Origin: a bacterium
Lineage (GTDB): Bacteria > Zhuqueibacterota > Zhuqueibacteria > Oceanimicrobiales > Oceanimicrobiaceae
DNA length: 35,120 nucleotides
Assembly: GCA_046757525.1 (NCBI GenBank)
Contig: JBHHYI010000026.1
Location: 1 to 35,120, forward strand
Direction of reading: 5' to 3'
Below are positions 24,697-34,599 of the stretch, one piece after another. The position numbers and the translations under genes were made by a program. The notes below the pieces were generated by a model. That model was not told the DNA's origin, made no database searches, and was given only the letters and a program-made list of their open reading frames with translations. The first letter of the stretch is position 1, and every line of letters starts with the position of its first letter.

Positions 24697-26692
24697 GCTT
24701 TATGGCATAAAACTGGGTCTACATCTGGAAAGCATTCTGGCTGAATTTCAGGCCCACCAGACGATTTACGGCTACCCAAAACGGAAGATCTATTTCGGCT
24801 TTCCGGGAGTGGATTTTTCTGTGGATTTCCACGACCGCAAGGCGGCCACGCTGCTGGGGCCGGCTTCCGGGCCGCACAGTCAGATGGTGCAGAATATCGT
24901 GCTCTCCTTCCTGGGCGGCGGCCGCATCATGGAACTCAAGACCGTGCAAATCCTCGACCGGTTGCAGATCCCACGTCCCTGTATCGATGTCCGCAACGTG
25001 GGTTACAACGTGGAGTGGTCGCAAGAGATGCGCCTGGAGGATTCCTTTGACGAGTACGTCACCGCCTGGGTACTGCTGAAAATCATCGAAGAAATGGAGA
25101 TCTTGGGCGTCCCCAAGGGCGAGCCCTTTTACGATACCATCTTCGACATTTCTGTTGGCTACGATTTGAAGGGCATTGCCTCGCCGCGCATGCACAAGTG
25201 GCTGACCGAATTCAAAAATGCCGAACAGGCCATTGCCCGCATTCTGGACTCGCTTCCTCGCAGCTTTGCCCGCTTTAAGAGTCTGGACGTCGACCCGAAG
25301 ATTTCCAATTCCGTGACCCTGTCTACTTTCCACGGCTGCCCTGGTGACGAAATCGAAGCCATCGTGGAGCACCTGATCCGCGAGCACGGCTTTCACGTTA
25401 TCGTCAAAATGAATCCCACGATCCTGGGTTATGATTTTGTGGAACAGACGCTGCACCGCGATTTGGGTTACCAGGACATCGAGCTCGACCCTGAGGCCTT
25501 TGACCACGACGTTTCTTTTGACGAGGCGGTGGCCATGATGAAGCGGCTGGAAAAGTTTGCTGCGACGTATCACCGCAAGGTCGGTGCCAAATTTACCAAT
25601 ACCCTGGTGGTGAAGAACAATCAGAAGATTTTTACCGACGCAGTCATGTATCTCTCCGGCGCGCCCCTGCATGTGCTGGCTATGAACGCCATGCATCGCT
25701 TCCGAACGGCCATGGGGGAGAGCTTTCACATTTCATTTTCAGCCGGCATCACCAAGCACAACTTTGTGGAGGCCGTACTGTGCAACATGAAGCCCATCAC
25801 CACCTGCACTGACCTGTTGAAGACAGGCGGCTACACCCGCCTGTTCGATTATCTCACCAATCTAAAGCAGGCCATGGAGGAGGCGCACTGCCAAACGATT
25901 GAGGAATTTATTCTGTCGCAATCGGGAGAAGCGTCTGCTGGCAACACAGCCCGGGCGGGTGCGGCGAATGCCGAAAGAATCGTGTCCCAACTCATCCACA
26001 ATCCTCGCTATCACGCGAAGATGAATCAAAAGGCGCCGCCGAAAATCGACAGCCACCTGACTTTGTTCGATTGCATTACCTGCAACAAGTGCCTGCCGGT
26101 GTGCCCAAACGCAGCCAACTTTTCCATTCCCACCGGCGTCGTGCGCCTTGCTTCTACGCACTACCGACTAATTGACGGTGTGTTCGAAGAACTTCGAGGG
26201 GAGGATTTCGTGCTCAACAAGGCCAACCAAATTGCCAACCTGGCGGACTTTTGCAACGAATGCGGCGACTGCGACACCTACTGTCCGGAGTACGGTGGAC
26301 CGTTCATCGAAAAGCCGCGCTTCTTTTTTTCGGAAGTCAGCTACAAGAAGCACGGTGAATACGATGGCTTTTATTTCCCGACGCCTTACTCTCTGAAAGG
26401 GCGTCTGCAAGAGCAAGAATTTCTTTTGTTGTATGATAAAGACGAAAATGAATACATTTGGCAAAATTCAGAGGTAGAAATCCGACTGACCGCACAAGAT
26501 GAATTTCTGTCGGGGAGAGTCTTGGGTGGCACCACAGCACCGACGCTCATCGACATGACGCCGTTTTATATCATGCGCGCGCTGTTTGACGGTATTTTGA
26601 ACGCGCCCAGCACCTATACTTCTGTGATGCTGCGCGGAGGGGTTTTCGAGGGGAATGGCCCAGCCAAGGATAAATCCCGGGCTATAATATGA
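24689..26692 (+). CDS. YgfK-like oxidoreductase, short form (N-terminal catalytic domain + 4Fe-4S dicluster, no NAD(P)H/FAD module)
   Basis: GPASGPHSQMVQNI, ELKTVQILD, PRPCID, YNVEWSQE; CITCNKCLPVCPN and CNECGDCDTYCP. No GxGxxG Rossmann region is seen. Confidence 0.85.
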   Translation: MAELYGIKLGLHLESILAEFQAHQTIYGYPKRKIYFGFPGVDFSVDFHDRKAATLLGPASGPHSQMVQNIVLSFLGGGRIMELKTVQILDRLQIPRPCIDVRNVGYNVEWSQEMRLEDSFDEYVTAWVLLKIIEEMEILGVPKGEPFYDTIFDISVGYDLKGIASPRMHKWLTEFKNAEQAIARILDSLPRSFARFKSLDVDPKISNSVTLSTFHGCPGDEIEAIVEHLIREHGFHVIVKMNPTILGYDFVEQTLHRDLGYQDIELDPEAFDHDVSFDEAVAMMKRLEKFAATYHRKVGAKFTNTLVVKNNQKIFTDAVMYLSGAPLHVLAMNAMHRFRTAMGESFHISFSAGITKHNFVEAVLCNMKPITTCTDLLKTGGYTRLFDYLTNLKQAMEEAHCQTIEEFILSQSGEASAGNTARAGAANAERIVSQLIHNPRYHAKMNQKAPPKIDSHLTLFDCITCNKCLPVCPNAANFSIPTGVVRLASTHYRLIDGVFEELRGEDFVLNKANQIANLADFCNECGDCDTYCPEYGGPFIEKPRFFFSEVSYKKHGEYDGFYFPTPYSLKGRLQEQEFLLLYDKDENEYIWQNSEVEIRLTAQDEFLSGRVLGGTTAPTLIDMTPFYIMRALFDGILNAPSTYTSVMLRGGVFEGNGPAKDKSRAII

Positions 26693-26716
26693 GATCAGGT
26701 TGGAAAATGCAATATT

Positions 26717-27292
26717 ATGGAAACCCTTGAAGAACGCATCAAAAGAATCGTACAAGAGCACGTTGCCATTGTGCCGTACAATCCTGCCTGGCCACAGATG
26801 TTCGAACAGGAAAAGAACCATCTTCTAAACTGTCTACCCCCTGAGCTGATTGGCCGCATCGAACACTTTGGCAGCACCGCAATACCAAACTTGTCTGCCA
26901 AACCCATCGTAGACATGTTGGTGGAAGTCACATCTTTAGAAGAAACAAAAAGGAGCATTGTCCCGGTTTTGGAAGCTCAGGGGTATGAGTATTTTTGGAG
27001 GCCCACTTCAGGCGATGACATACCCCCGTTCTATGCCTGGTTCATCAAACGGAATCTAAAGGGTGAACGCACGCATCATCTTCACATGGTGGAAAACGAT
27101 TTCGAACACTGGGACCGGCTGTTCTTCCGGGATTATTTAATTGAATTCCCGCTTGTTGCACGAGAATATCAAGCCTTAAAACTAAGATTAGCTCGTGATT
27201 ACCCCAACGACAGAGTTGCCTACACAAACGGGAAAACCGACTTCATTGTTAGGGTGACTCAGATGGCAAAAGAATACTACAAACCAGCCTGA
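26717..27292 (+). CDS. GrpB/UPF0157 family nucleotidyltransferase-fold protein
   Basis: IEHFGSTAIPNLSAKPIVD, HHLH, FRDYL, YTNGKTDFI. Confidence 0.9.
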   Translation: METLEERIKRIVQEHVAIVPYNPAWPQMFEQEKNHLLNCLPPELIGRIEHFGSTAIPNLSAKPIVDMLVEVTSLEETKRSIVPVLEAQGYEYFWRPTSGDDIPPFYAWFIKRNLKGERTHHLHMVENDFEHWDRLFFRDYLIEFPLVAREYQALKLRLARDYPNDRVAYTNGKTDFIVRVTQMAKEYYKPA

Positions 27293-27491
27293 CTATATTC
27301 AATTTGCTATCTTTGCTGTTCAAGATATCCAGCGGTCATGGAATCAATTCAAGAGGGGTGGATGCGTTCATTCTAAAAATGGTTGAGTTCTGTTCAAAGG
27401 GCCAAAATGTCTCGCAAGATTGACCGCTCCATCTTGTATAGTTGAAACATAAAATCGTCACTTCAGAAACACCAAAAAGCGAGTGAGACTT

Positions 27492-27737
27492 ATGACCAAA
27501 AGCGACAGTGCAGACAAGAACTGCAAAAGCAACAGTAGTGCCATTGGCATAGGCATGTCATTGGGATCAGGCATGGGAGCTGCCGTGGGAGCAGGCATTG
27601 GTGCTGCCACGGGAGACATGGGCCTCTGGATTGCCATTGGGGTTCCTTTAGGAGTTGCCATGGGGCTGGCCGTTGGTGTTGCCTGTTTATCGCACAAGAA
27701 CAGACAAGCAAGAAACAATCCCAACAAACAGGATTGA
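27492..27737 (+). CDS. Small glycine-zipper membrane protein
   Basis: GxxxG repeats GIGMSLGSGMGAAVGAGIGAATG and WIAIGVPLGVAMGLAVG. Confidence 0.7.
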   Translation: MTKSDSADKNCKSNSSAIGIGMSLGSGMGAAVGAGIGAATGDMGLWIAIGVPLGVAMGLAVGVACLSHKNRQARNNPNKQD

Positions 27738-27872
27738 AGTGGCTGACGGCTGTTCTCATGAGAGAAGTAGCCGCGGCAAGATAACCAAATCACTCAGAAT
27801 GTGGGCAGAGTTGTCCGCCGCGGCGGCTGTGGCGTTCACGTTTGACAGATGAACCAGAGCCATATTTTTGAT

Positions 27873-27901
27873 TTGACATTGATCGCTAAAAATATTAAAA
27901 T
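27873..27901 (+). promoter_or_regulatory. Near-consensus sigma70 promoter for the Se-type Xdh gene
   Basis: TTGACA (27873-27878), 17-bp spacer, TAAAAT (27896-27901). Confidence 0.7.
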
Positions 27902-28020
27902 CTGATTGTTTGCGGAAGCCATCTCACCGGTTTCCGAACGGTCTGTCATCTCGGCCCGTATGCTACGAGAGACAAAGCGGTGACCCTCGTGGCCCATTTG
28001 AGATACTAAAGGAGCAGCGC

Positions 28021-30600
28021 ATGCGCTTTACGCTCAACGGACAAATTAGAACCTTCAACGGCGACCCCAAACTCCCCTTGCTCACTTACCTGCGTGAGCA
28101 CGAAGGGATCATTTCGCCTAAAGATGGCTGTGCGCCGCAGGCGGCCTGTGGTTGCTGCGTGGTCGAGCTCAACAAGCAGGCCGTCTTGTCGTGCGTCATC
28201 CCCATGAAGAAAGTGGCTGACGGCACGGTGGTCACCACCGAAGGGATGACGCCGCGCCAGCAAGAGGTCTTTGCCACGGCCTTTTTGGAAAAGGGCGGGG
28301 TGCAGTGCGGCTTTTGTATCCCGGGCATCGTCATGCAGGCGAAAGTTTTGTTGCAGAAAAATGCAAATCCCAGCCGGGAGGAAGTGACCAGAGCGCTTAC
28401 CCCGCATTTGTGTCGCTGCACCGGCTACAAAAAAATCGTCGATGCCATCCTTTATGCGGCCGAACTTTTTCGCGACGGAAGAGACCTTCCCGAGGTGGAA
28501 CACAGCGGCAAGGTAGGCACTCGCCTGCCCAAATACGATTCCCACGATGTGGTCCTGGGGCAGCGTCCTTTTGTCTGCGACATGAAGTTCGAGAGCATGC
28601 ACTACGCCGCTTTGAAATTCAGCGACCATCCGCGCGCCCGGGTGGTGTCCATCGACACGCGTGCTGCTGAGGGATTGGCCGGTGTCACCCGCGTTTTCCT
28701 GGCGGAAGACATTCCCGGCGACCGCAATGTGGGGCTCATTGTTCCGGACTGGCCAACCATGGTGAAAGTGGGTGAAGAAACCCGCTACGTCGGCGACGTG
28801 CTGGCGGGCGTGGTGGCCAGAACAGAAGCCATCGCCCGCCAGGCGGTCGACTTAATCCGTGTGGAATACGAGGTCTTAGCCCCCGTCACCGATCCCCACA
28901 CAGCCATGAAAAACGATAGCCCCCGCGTTCACGAAAACGGGAATGTGTTGTCGACGACGTCGATCAAACGCGGCGACGTTGCAGCCGCACTCGCGAATTC
29001 TGACTACGTCGTGCACGGACGTTACCAAACCCAGACCGTCGAACACGGCTTTCTGGAACCGGAAAGCTGCATTGCACGACCGTGGTACGATGGCGTTGAG
29101 GTCTTCTCCCAGGGCCAGGGCGTGTACGAAGACCAGAGACAAATCGCTAAGATTTTGAACTTGCCGTTGGAGAAAGTGAAAGTCGTGCTGGTGCCCAACG
29201 GCGGGGCCTTCGGCGGCAAGGAAGATTTGTCCATTCAGGGGCACACCGCGCTGTTTTCGTTCCTGCTAAAAAGACCCGTGAAAACAACCTTGACCAGAGA
29301 CGAATCCATGCGCATGCATCCCAAACGGCATCCGCTGTGGATGGATTACACCGTCGGCTGCTCTAAAGAAGGCAAGTTGACCGCTCTCAAAGCCGACATT
29401 GTGGGTGATACCGGTGCTTACGCTTCTGTGGGCATGAAGGTGCTGGAACGGGCCGCCGGCCATGCCACCGGCGCTTACCACGTGCCGGTTGTGGCCGTGG
29501 AAAGCCGGGCGGTTTACACCAACAACATTCCCAACGGGGCTATGCGCGGCTTCGGGGTTAACCAGGTGACTTTTGCCATGGAGAGCTGTATCGACGAACT
29601 GTGCGAAAAGGGCGGCTTTGACCGCTGGCAGTTCCGCTATGACAACGCCTTAAAGGAAGGCGACACCACCACTACGGGTCAGGTCATCAAGCGCGCAGCG
29701 GGCATTCGAGAATCGCTTTTGGCCCTGAAAGACATTTTTCAAAAGGCAAAATACGCTGGTATCGCCTGCGGCATTAAAAACACCGGCATCGGCAACGGCA
29801 TGCCGGATGCAGGCAAGGCGAAGATCGTCATCGAAGCGCCTGACAAGATCGTCATTCAGCACGGTTGGACCGAGATGGGCCAGGGCGTGCACACCATGGC
29901 CGTGCAAATGCTTTGCGAGGCGTTGGGCGTGCCCCCCGACAGGGTCGAAGTGCGCGTGGAAACCACCGACGACACCTTTTGCGGCATGACCACGGCCTCG
30001 CGGGCAACTTCCCTGGTAGGGCACGCCATTCTCGATGCTAGCAAGAAATTGCAGGCAGATTTAAAAAACAGAAAGCTGAGCGAATTAGAAGGCCGGGAAT
30101 ATGTGGGTGAGTGGGTTTGCGATTGGACCACCAAACCGGGCCAGGAGGTGGAGGAGGTAATCACCCACTACTCTTACAGTTACGCCACGCAGGTGGTCGA
30201 ATTAGATGAGGCGGGTAAGGTGAAGAAAGTCTACGCTGCTCACGACGCGGGCAGGATCATCAACCCCAACTTGTTCGAAGGGCAGATCGAAGGCTCCATC
30301 CACATGGGTCTGGGCTACGCCTTGAGCGAGGATTTTGTGCAGATCGACGGCCGGCCCAAAAGCACCCGCTTGCGCAAGTGCGGCATCCTGCGCGCCAGGG
30401 AGACGCCGGAAATGGAGGTGATCGGTGTGGAAGTTCCCGATCCCAACGGCCCTTTTGGGGCAAAGGGCGTGGGGGAGATCGGTCTGGTTCCAACGGCTGG
30501 CGCGGTGGCCAATGCCCTGTACCAATTTGACGGTGTGAGGCGGTACAAATTGCCCATGAAACTGAACGGTAAGGCGAAAAACGCAGATAGTGAATCGTGA
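28021..30600 (+). CDS. xdh: Selenium-dependent-type xanthine dehydrogenase family molybdenum hydroxylase (fused 2Fe-2S + Mo subunit)
   Basis: KDGCAPQAACGCC, QCGFCIPG, CRCTGY, GGAFGGKED, GAMRGFGV, KNTGIGNG, AKGVGEIG. AAGGAG RBS precedes ATG 28021. Confidence 0.85.
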   Translation: MRFTLNGQIRTFNGDPKLPLLTYLREHEGIISPKDGCAPQAACGCCVVELNKQAVLSCVIPMKKVADGTVVTTEGMTPRQQEVFATAFLEKGGVQCGFCIPGIVMQAKVLLQKNANPSREEVTRALTPHLCRCTGYKKIVDAILYAAELFRDGRDLPEVEHSGKVGTRLPKYDSHDVVLGQRPFVCDMKFESMHYAALKFSDHPRARVVSIDTRAAEGLAGVTRVFLAEDIPGDRNVGLIVPDWPTMVKVGEETRYVGDVLAGVVARTEAIARQAVDLIRVEYEVLAPVTDPHTAMKNDSPRVHENGNVLSTTSIKRGDVAAALANSDYVVHGRYQTQTVEHGFLEPESCIARPWYDGVEVFSQGQGVYEDQRQIAKILNLPLEKVKVVLVPNGGAFGGKEDLSIQGHTALFSFLLKRPVKTTLTRDESMRMHPKRHPLWMDYTVGCSKEGKLTALKADIVGDTGAYASVGMKVLERAAGHATGAYHVPVVAVESRAVYTNNIPNGAMRGFGVNQVTFAMESCIDELCEKGGFDRWQFRYDNALKEGDTTTTGQVIKRAAGIRESLLALKDIFQKAKYAGIACGIKNTGIGNGMPDAGKAKIVIEAPDKIVIQHGWTEMGQGVHTMAVQMLCEALGVPPDRVEVRVETTDDTFCGMTTASRATSLVGHAILDASKKLQADLKNRKLSELEGREYVGEWVCDWTTKPGQEVEEVITHYSYSYATQVVELDEAGKVKKVYAAHDAGRIINPNLFEGQIEGSIHMGLGYALSEDFVQIDGRPKSTRLRKCGILRARETPEMEVIGVEVPDPNGPFGAKGVGEIGLVPTAGAVANALYQFDGVRRYKLPMKLNGKAKNADSES

Positions 30601-30675
30601 GTCGGGCTTGGCACGCTTTGATTGCCTCAGCCCTTTTACAGATCAGGGCAATCGACTGCAACTGGAACTTTGTAA

Positions 30676-30996
<321 letters not shown>

Positions 30997-31130
30997 TCAT
31001 CCGGTTGAGCGAACGACCTTAGCCCTATACAGATTTACGCGGGCATTTTCAAACCGCAAGGAATGCGCAAAAGTCGCCGTCAATCGTGAGAACAATCAAG
31101 ACTGCAAGCGAAAGGTAACTTTGTAAATAA

Positions 31131-32384
31131 ATGAATCATCTTCTTGGACTGAGATGTGTTTCCTGCGCAACCGAATATCAACCTCACGAACTCGATTATA
31201 CTTGCCCAAAGTGTGGCCCGCTGCTTGGCACGCTTGACGTCCTCTACGACTACAAGATGGTTGCCAGAGACCTCACCCGGGATACCCTGAGTCGAGACCG
31301 CGAATTCACCCACTGGCGCTATTTGCCCCTCTTGCCCATCGACAATCCCGAGTTCGTTCAACCCCTGGCCGTGGGTTGGACGCCTATTTACCGAGCGAAA
31401 AAGTTGGAAGCGGAATGGAGCTTGAAGGCAATTTGGGTGAAAGACGACAGCCGCAATCCCACCGCTTCGTTTAAGGACCGGGCCAGCGCGGTTGGCGTGG
31501 TTAAAGCGCTGGAGAAGGGAGCGAAAACCGTGACCGCCGCTTCCACGGGCAACGCCGCTTCTTCCTGGTCGGCATTTACAGCGCTTGCCGGACTGGAAGC
31601 GTTTATTTTCGTGCCGCAAAATGCTCCAAAAGCCAAGCTCGCCCAACTGTTGCTCTACGGCGCCAAAGTGATTCAGGTGAAAGGAACGTACGACCAGGCA
31701 TTTGACCTGTGCTGCCAGGCCGCGGAGAAGTGGGGCTGGTACAATCGCAGCACGGCCGTCAATCCCTATTTGGGCGAGGGCAAGAAGACCGGCGCCCTGG
31801 AGATTTGCGAGCAGTTGGACTGGGAAGTGCCAGACTATGTCTTCGTTTCAGTGGGGGACGGCTGCATTATTCAGGGCACCTGGAAAGGCTTTAAGGAGTT
31901 CTACGAAATCGGGCTCATCGATCGTTTACCCAAAATAATTGGCGTGCAGGCAGAAGGCAGCGCGCCGCTGGTCAAAGCCTGGCAGAAGGGGACGAATCGG
32001 TGCGAAGCGTTGGTGCCGCACACGGTGGCGGACAGCATCTCCGTCGGCGTGCCGCGCGACCAGGTCAAAGCTCTGCGCGCCGTGCGGGAATCGGATGGTC
32101 AATTTGTAGCCGTTTCGGACGCGGAGATTTTGTCGGCGGTTGCAACTTTGGCGCAAAAAGTTGGCGTGTTTGCCGAGCCTGCCGGGGCCACAGGCCTGGC
32201 AGGATTAAAGAAGCTGGTCCAGCAGGGAGTGTGCCATTCGCAGGACCGCGCGGTGGTCCTGGTCACCGGGCACGGCCTCAAGGATGTCGAAGGGGTGATG
32301 AAAGCGGTTAGCCAAAAGCCAATTTCGGCGGAAAATGCTTTGCAAGATGTGGAAGCAAAGCTGTCGCTGGAACAGAAGCCCTGA
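31131..32384 (+). CDS. Threonine synthase-like PLP-dependent enzyme (fold type II) with N-terminal Zn ribbon
   Basis: CVSC...CPKC, GWTPI, NPTASFKDR (PLP Lys), ASTGNAA, VSVGDG, LVTGHGLKD. Confidence 0.88.
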   Translation: MNHLLGLRCVSCATEYQPHELDYTCPKCGPLLGTLDVLYDYKMVARDLTRDTLSRDREFTHWRYLPLLPIDNPEFVQPLAVGWTPIYRAKKLEAEWSLKAIWVKDDSRNPTASFKDRASAVGVVKALEKGAKTVTAASTGNAASSWSAFTALAGLEAFIFVPQNAPKAKLAQLLLYGAKVIQVKGTYDQAFDLCCQAAEKWGWYNRSTAVNPYLGEGKKTGALEICEQLDWEVPDYVFVSVGDGCIIQGTWKGFKEFYEIGLIDRLPKIIGVQAEGSAPLVKAWQKGTNRCEALVPHTVADSISVGVPRDQVKALRAVRESDGQFVAVSDAEILSAVATLAQKVGVFAEPAGATGLAGLKKLVQQGVCHSQDRAVVLVTGHGLKDVEGVMKAVSQKPISAENALQDVEAKLSLEQKP

Positions 32385-32560
32385 CTTACCACTGCACCTG
32401 AAGGTGACCATTTTTCAAGTGGTTACCGTCTGAACCCCGTTGCTTTACTCGTTTCCGCAATCTCCGCGGAAGGGCGTGGCGATGCTGGAAGGTCTTGGTT
32501 CCATTCATTTGCGGCTTTGTCCTACCGGGATTTATCATTGGGCTTTTTGATTTCTGTAGT

Positions 32561-32598
32561 TTTGCAGTTCGAATGCAAATTTACATTGCATTTGAAAA
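32561..32598. promoter_or_regulatory. Tandem palindromic operators TTTRCA-N7-TGMAAA upstream of the ATPase
   Basis: TTTGCA-GTTCGAA-TGCAAA (32561-32579) and TTTACA-TTGCATT-TGAAAA (32580-32598). Confidence 0.45.
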
Positions 32599-32619
32599 TT
32601 CTTTTTGTTTTTTTGCTAC

Positions 32620-33861
32620 ATGAAGCAAAGCGATTATATTCCTCGCACCCTTGAATCGGTGCTGAAGAAGGCTGCAAAGGAGTTTCCTGCGGTTCTTGTA
32701 ACGGGCCCCAGGCAGTCTGGCAAAACCACGCTGTTGCTGAAAACGTTTGGGCGCACCCATCGCTTTGTCTCCCTCGATGAACCAGATGTACGAGCTCTGG
32801 CCCTTGCTGACCCGCGCCTGTTTTTGCAGCAGCATCCCCCGCCTGTGGTCTTCGATGAAATCCAATGTGCTCCGGAGCTTTTACACTACATCAAACGGGA
32901 TATCGATGAACATCGGCGACATAAAGCGCGTTATTTGCTTTCAAGCTCTCAAAATTTGGCCTTAATGCAGAACATTACGGAAACGCTGGCCGGTCGATCA
33001 GCGGTTTTGACGCTTCTTTCCATGTCGCGTGTGGAAAGGCGTCACAGCGCGGAGATTGCTCCCTTCTGGCAGCGACTCGACGACTTGCTGGATGTACCAA
33101 AGCCCAATGGCGCGGTGGTGTCAGGCGAGGCGATTATGACGGAGATCATGCACAGCGGTTTTCCAGAGCTGGTTGTAGAACCTGAGCGGGATGCGCGCTT
33201 GTGGTTCGCGGCTTACTTGCAGACCTATTTGGAACGAGACGTTCGCAACATGCGCAATGTCGGCAGTTTAAACGATTTTCAACGTTTCCTGCAAGTGCTG
33301 GCAGCGCGTGTTGCTCAACAGATTAACATTTCAGTCCTGGCGCGGGACATTGGCACTGCCGGCAACACCATAAAAGCATGGCTTTCGGTCCTTGAAGCAA
33401 CCTTCCAAATCGTTCTACTGAGACCGTATCATGCCAACATTGGGAAACGTCTGGTCAAGGCGCCAAAGCTGTATTTTCTCGATCCAGCTCTCCCGGCCTA
33501 CCTTTGCGGTTTGAAGGATGCGGGCCACGCTCTTCTTGGCCCCATGGGCGGACCACTCTTTGAAAATGCCCTGTTTGCGGAAATCTACCGCGCTTTTGTG
33601 CACAAGGGAGAGCCGGCTCGTGTTTACTTTTGGCGCACCGCGGCTGGTCATGAAGTCGATTTTGTCCTGGATTTTGGCGCGCATCTCTTGCCCATCGAAG
33701 CCAGACTTAGCGCCACACCGACGCCGAACCTGGCCGTAAACCTAAGCGAGTTCGTCGAGCTTTTTGCCGATAAAGCGCCTGAGGCTGTTCTTGTTTGCCT
33801 GGCGGCAGAAGGACGAAGACTTTCTCGAAACGTAACGGCGGTTCCTTTTGCTGCGATATGA
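32620..33861 (+). CDS. AAA_14 + DUF4143 ATP-binding protein
   Basis: TGPRQSGKTT, VVFDEIQ, ETLAGR, YLQTYLERDVR, KRLVKAPKLYFLD, FWRTAAGHEVDFV. Confidence 0.92.
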   Translation: MKQSDYIPRTLESVLKKAAKEFPAVLVTGPRQSGKTTLLLKTFGRTHRFVSLDEPDVRALALADPRLFLQQHPPPVVFDEIQCAPELLHYIKRDIDEHRRHKARYLLSSSQNLALMQNITETLAGRSAVLTLLSMSRVERRHSAEIAPFWQRLDDLLDVPKPNGAVVSGEAIMTEIMHSGFPELVVEPERDARLWFAAYLQTYLERDVRNMRNVGSLNDFQRFLQVLAARVAQQINISVLARDIGTAGNTIKAWLSVLEATFQIVLLRPYHANIGKRLVKAPKLYFLDPALPAYLCGLKDAGHALLGPMGGPLFENALFAEIYRAFVHKGEPARVYFWRTAAGHEVDFVLDFGAHLLPIEARLSATPTPNLAVNLSEFVELFADKAPEAVLVCLAAEGRRLSRNVTAVPFAAI

Positions 33862-34080
33862 AGAATTGAAAATAACCAACAACATAACTCCGAAGGGATG
33901 GCAAGAAAATTAGGACGATCTTACTCTGGCAAAATCAATATCACCCCTTCGGGGTTAGGCGGGGGGTGTTACCGGTGGCTATAATCATTGCATCCCTTCG
34001 GGATTATAGATTGAGGCCGTCGCGTATGGAGAATCGAATTTTCTCTAAAATAGAATATCACCAATCAGGTGTAAAAACGA

Positions 34081-34173
34081 ATGCAAATTACATTTTTGCC
34101 GGACTACCACACGGCCTTAATCAATGAAGCCGAACGGCTAAAACCAGGTGATGTGCAAAGCCCGCAGGGCTGA
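34081..34173 (+). pseudogene. Degenerate type I R-M hsdS-like 3'-end fragment
   Basis: Reads QITFLPDYHTALINEA... and is similar at DNA level to 34459-34536. Confidence 0.45.
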
Positions 34174-34458
34174 CATGATTATAGAAACCAAACAAACCCA
34201 AACCCCGAAGGGGTGCTATGATTATAGCAAAAAAGAGCAACAAAACAATGAAACCCTGTAAGGGTGAAATAAAAATCATGTCGCAATGCTATCGAACAAA
34301 ACCCATTTCACCCCTTCGGGGTTTGAAAACATTTTTGTGGCGACTGGGCTATAATCGTTTCATCCCATCGGGATTATAGCAATTTTTGTATGCAATCAAT
34401 CCTATAATTCTGACATCCTTTGGGATTGAGAATCAGATGGGATGCGCAGCATTGACCC

Positions 34459-34536
34459 GAATACCGAACGGTTTTAATCAGCGAAGTCGTAACTGGTAAA
34501 ATAAAGGTCATCGAAACAACAAGCCCGAAGGGCTGA
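34459..34536 (+). pseudogene. Type I R-M hsdS-like 3'-end fragment
   Basis: Reads EYRTVLISEVVTGKIKV, matching the conserved HsdS terminus EYRxxLIxxxVTGKI. Confidence 0.7.
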
Positions 34537-34599
34537 AAGGATTATAGAAAATGAACTTTCAATTTAACCCCAAAGGGGTGAAAAAGGGAGGCGAATCTC

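Larger units (their letters stand above)
33886..34582. repeat. REP array upstream of tnpA (about 11 units, consensus AA-N-CCCGAAGGG-N-TG-N4-GATTATAG, both orientations)
   Basis: Forward units at 33886, 34158, 34201, 34252, 34521, 34566; reverse units at 33941, 33979, 34305, 34349, 34402. Confidence 0.88.

Noticed and set aside
24719..25729. Long antisense ORFs (e.g. 24719-25729, 20417-21100, 22762-23478, 12876-13535)
   Set aside because: These are shadow frames of GC3-rich genes that have strong family motifs on the opposite strand.
26693..27850. Integron cassettes (GrpB and the glycine-zipper gene end near GCCTGAC/GGCTGAC, resembling attC R'' sites)
   Set aside because: There is no true RYYYAAC...GTTRRRY pair with a supporting hairpin, and no integrase in the window.
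17488..30600. Selenocysteine (UGA) recoding in the Se-related enzymes
   Set aside because: The ORFs are full length with no in-frame TGA interrupting a domain. Se-type Xdh uses a labile Se cofactor rather than Sec.
32403..32427. Hairpin GGTGACCATT...AAGTGGTTACC after the ThrC-like gene as a terminator
   Set aside because: The stem is weak, has no U-tract and occurs once in the window, so it cannot be assigned.
33886..34582. CRISPR array
   Set aside because: Units occur in both orientations with irregular spacing and degenerate sequence, they flank a Y1 transposase, and no cas genes are present. This is REP-like.
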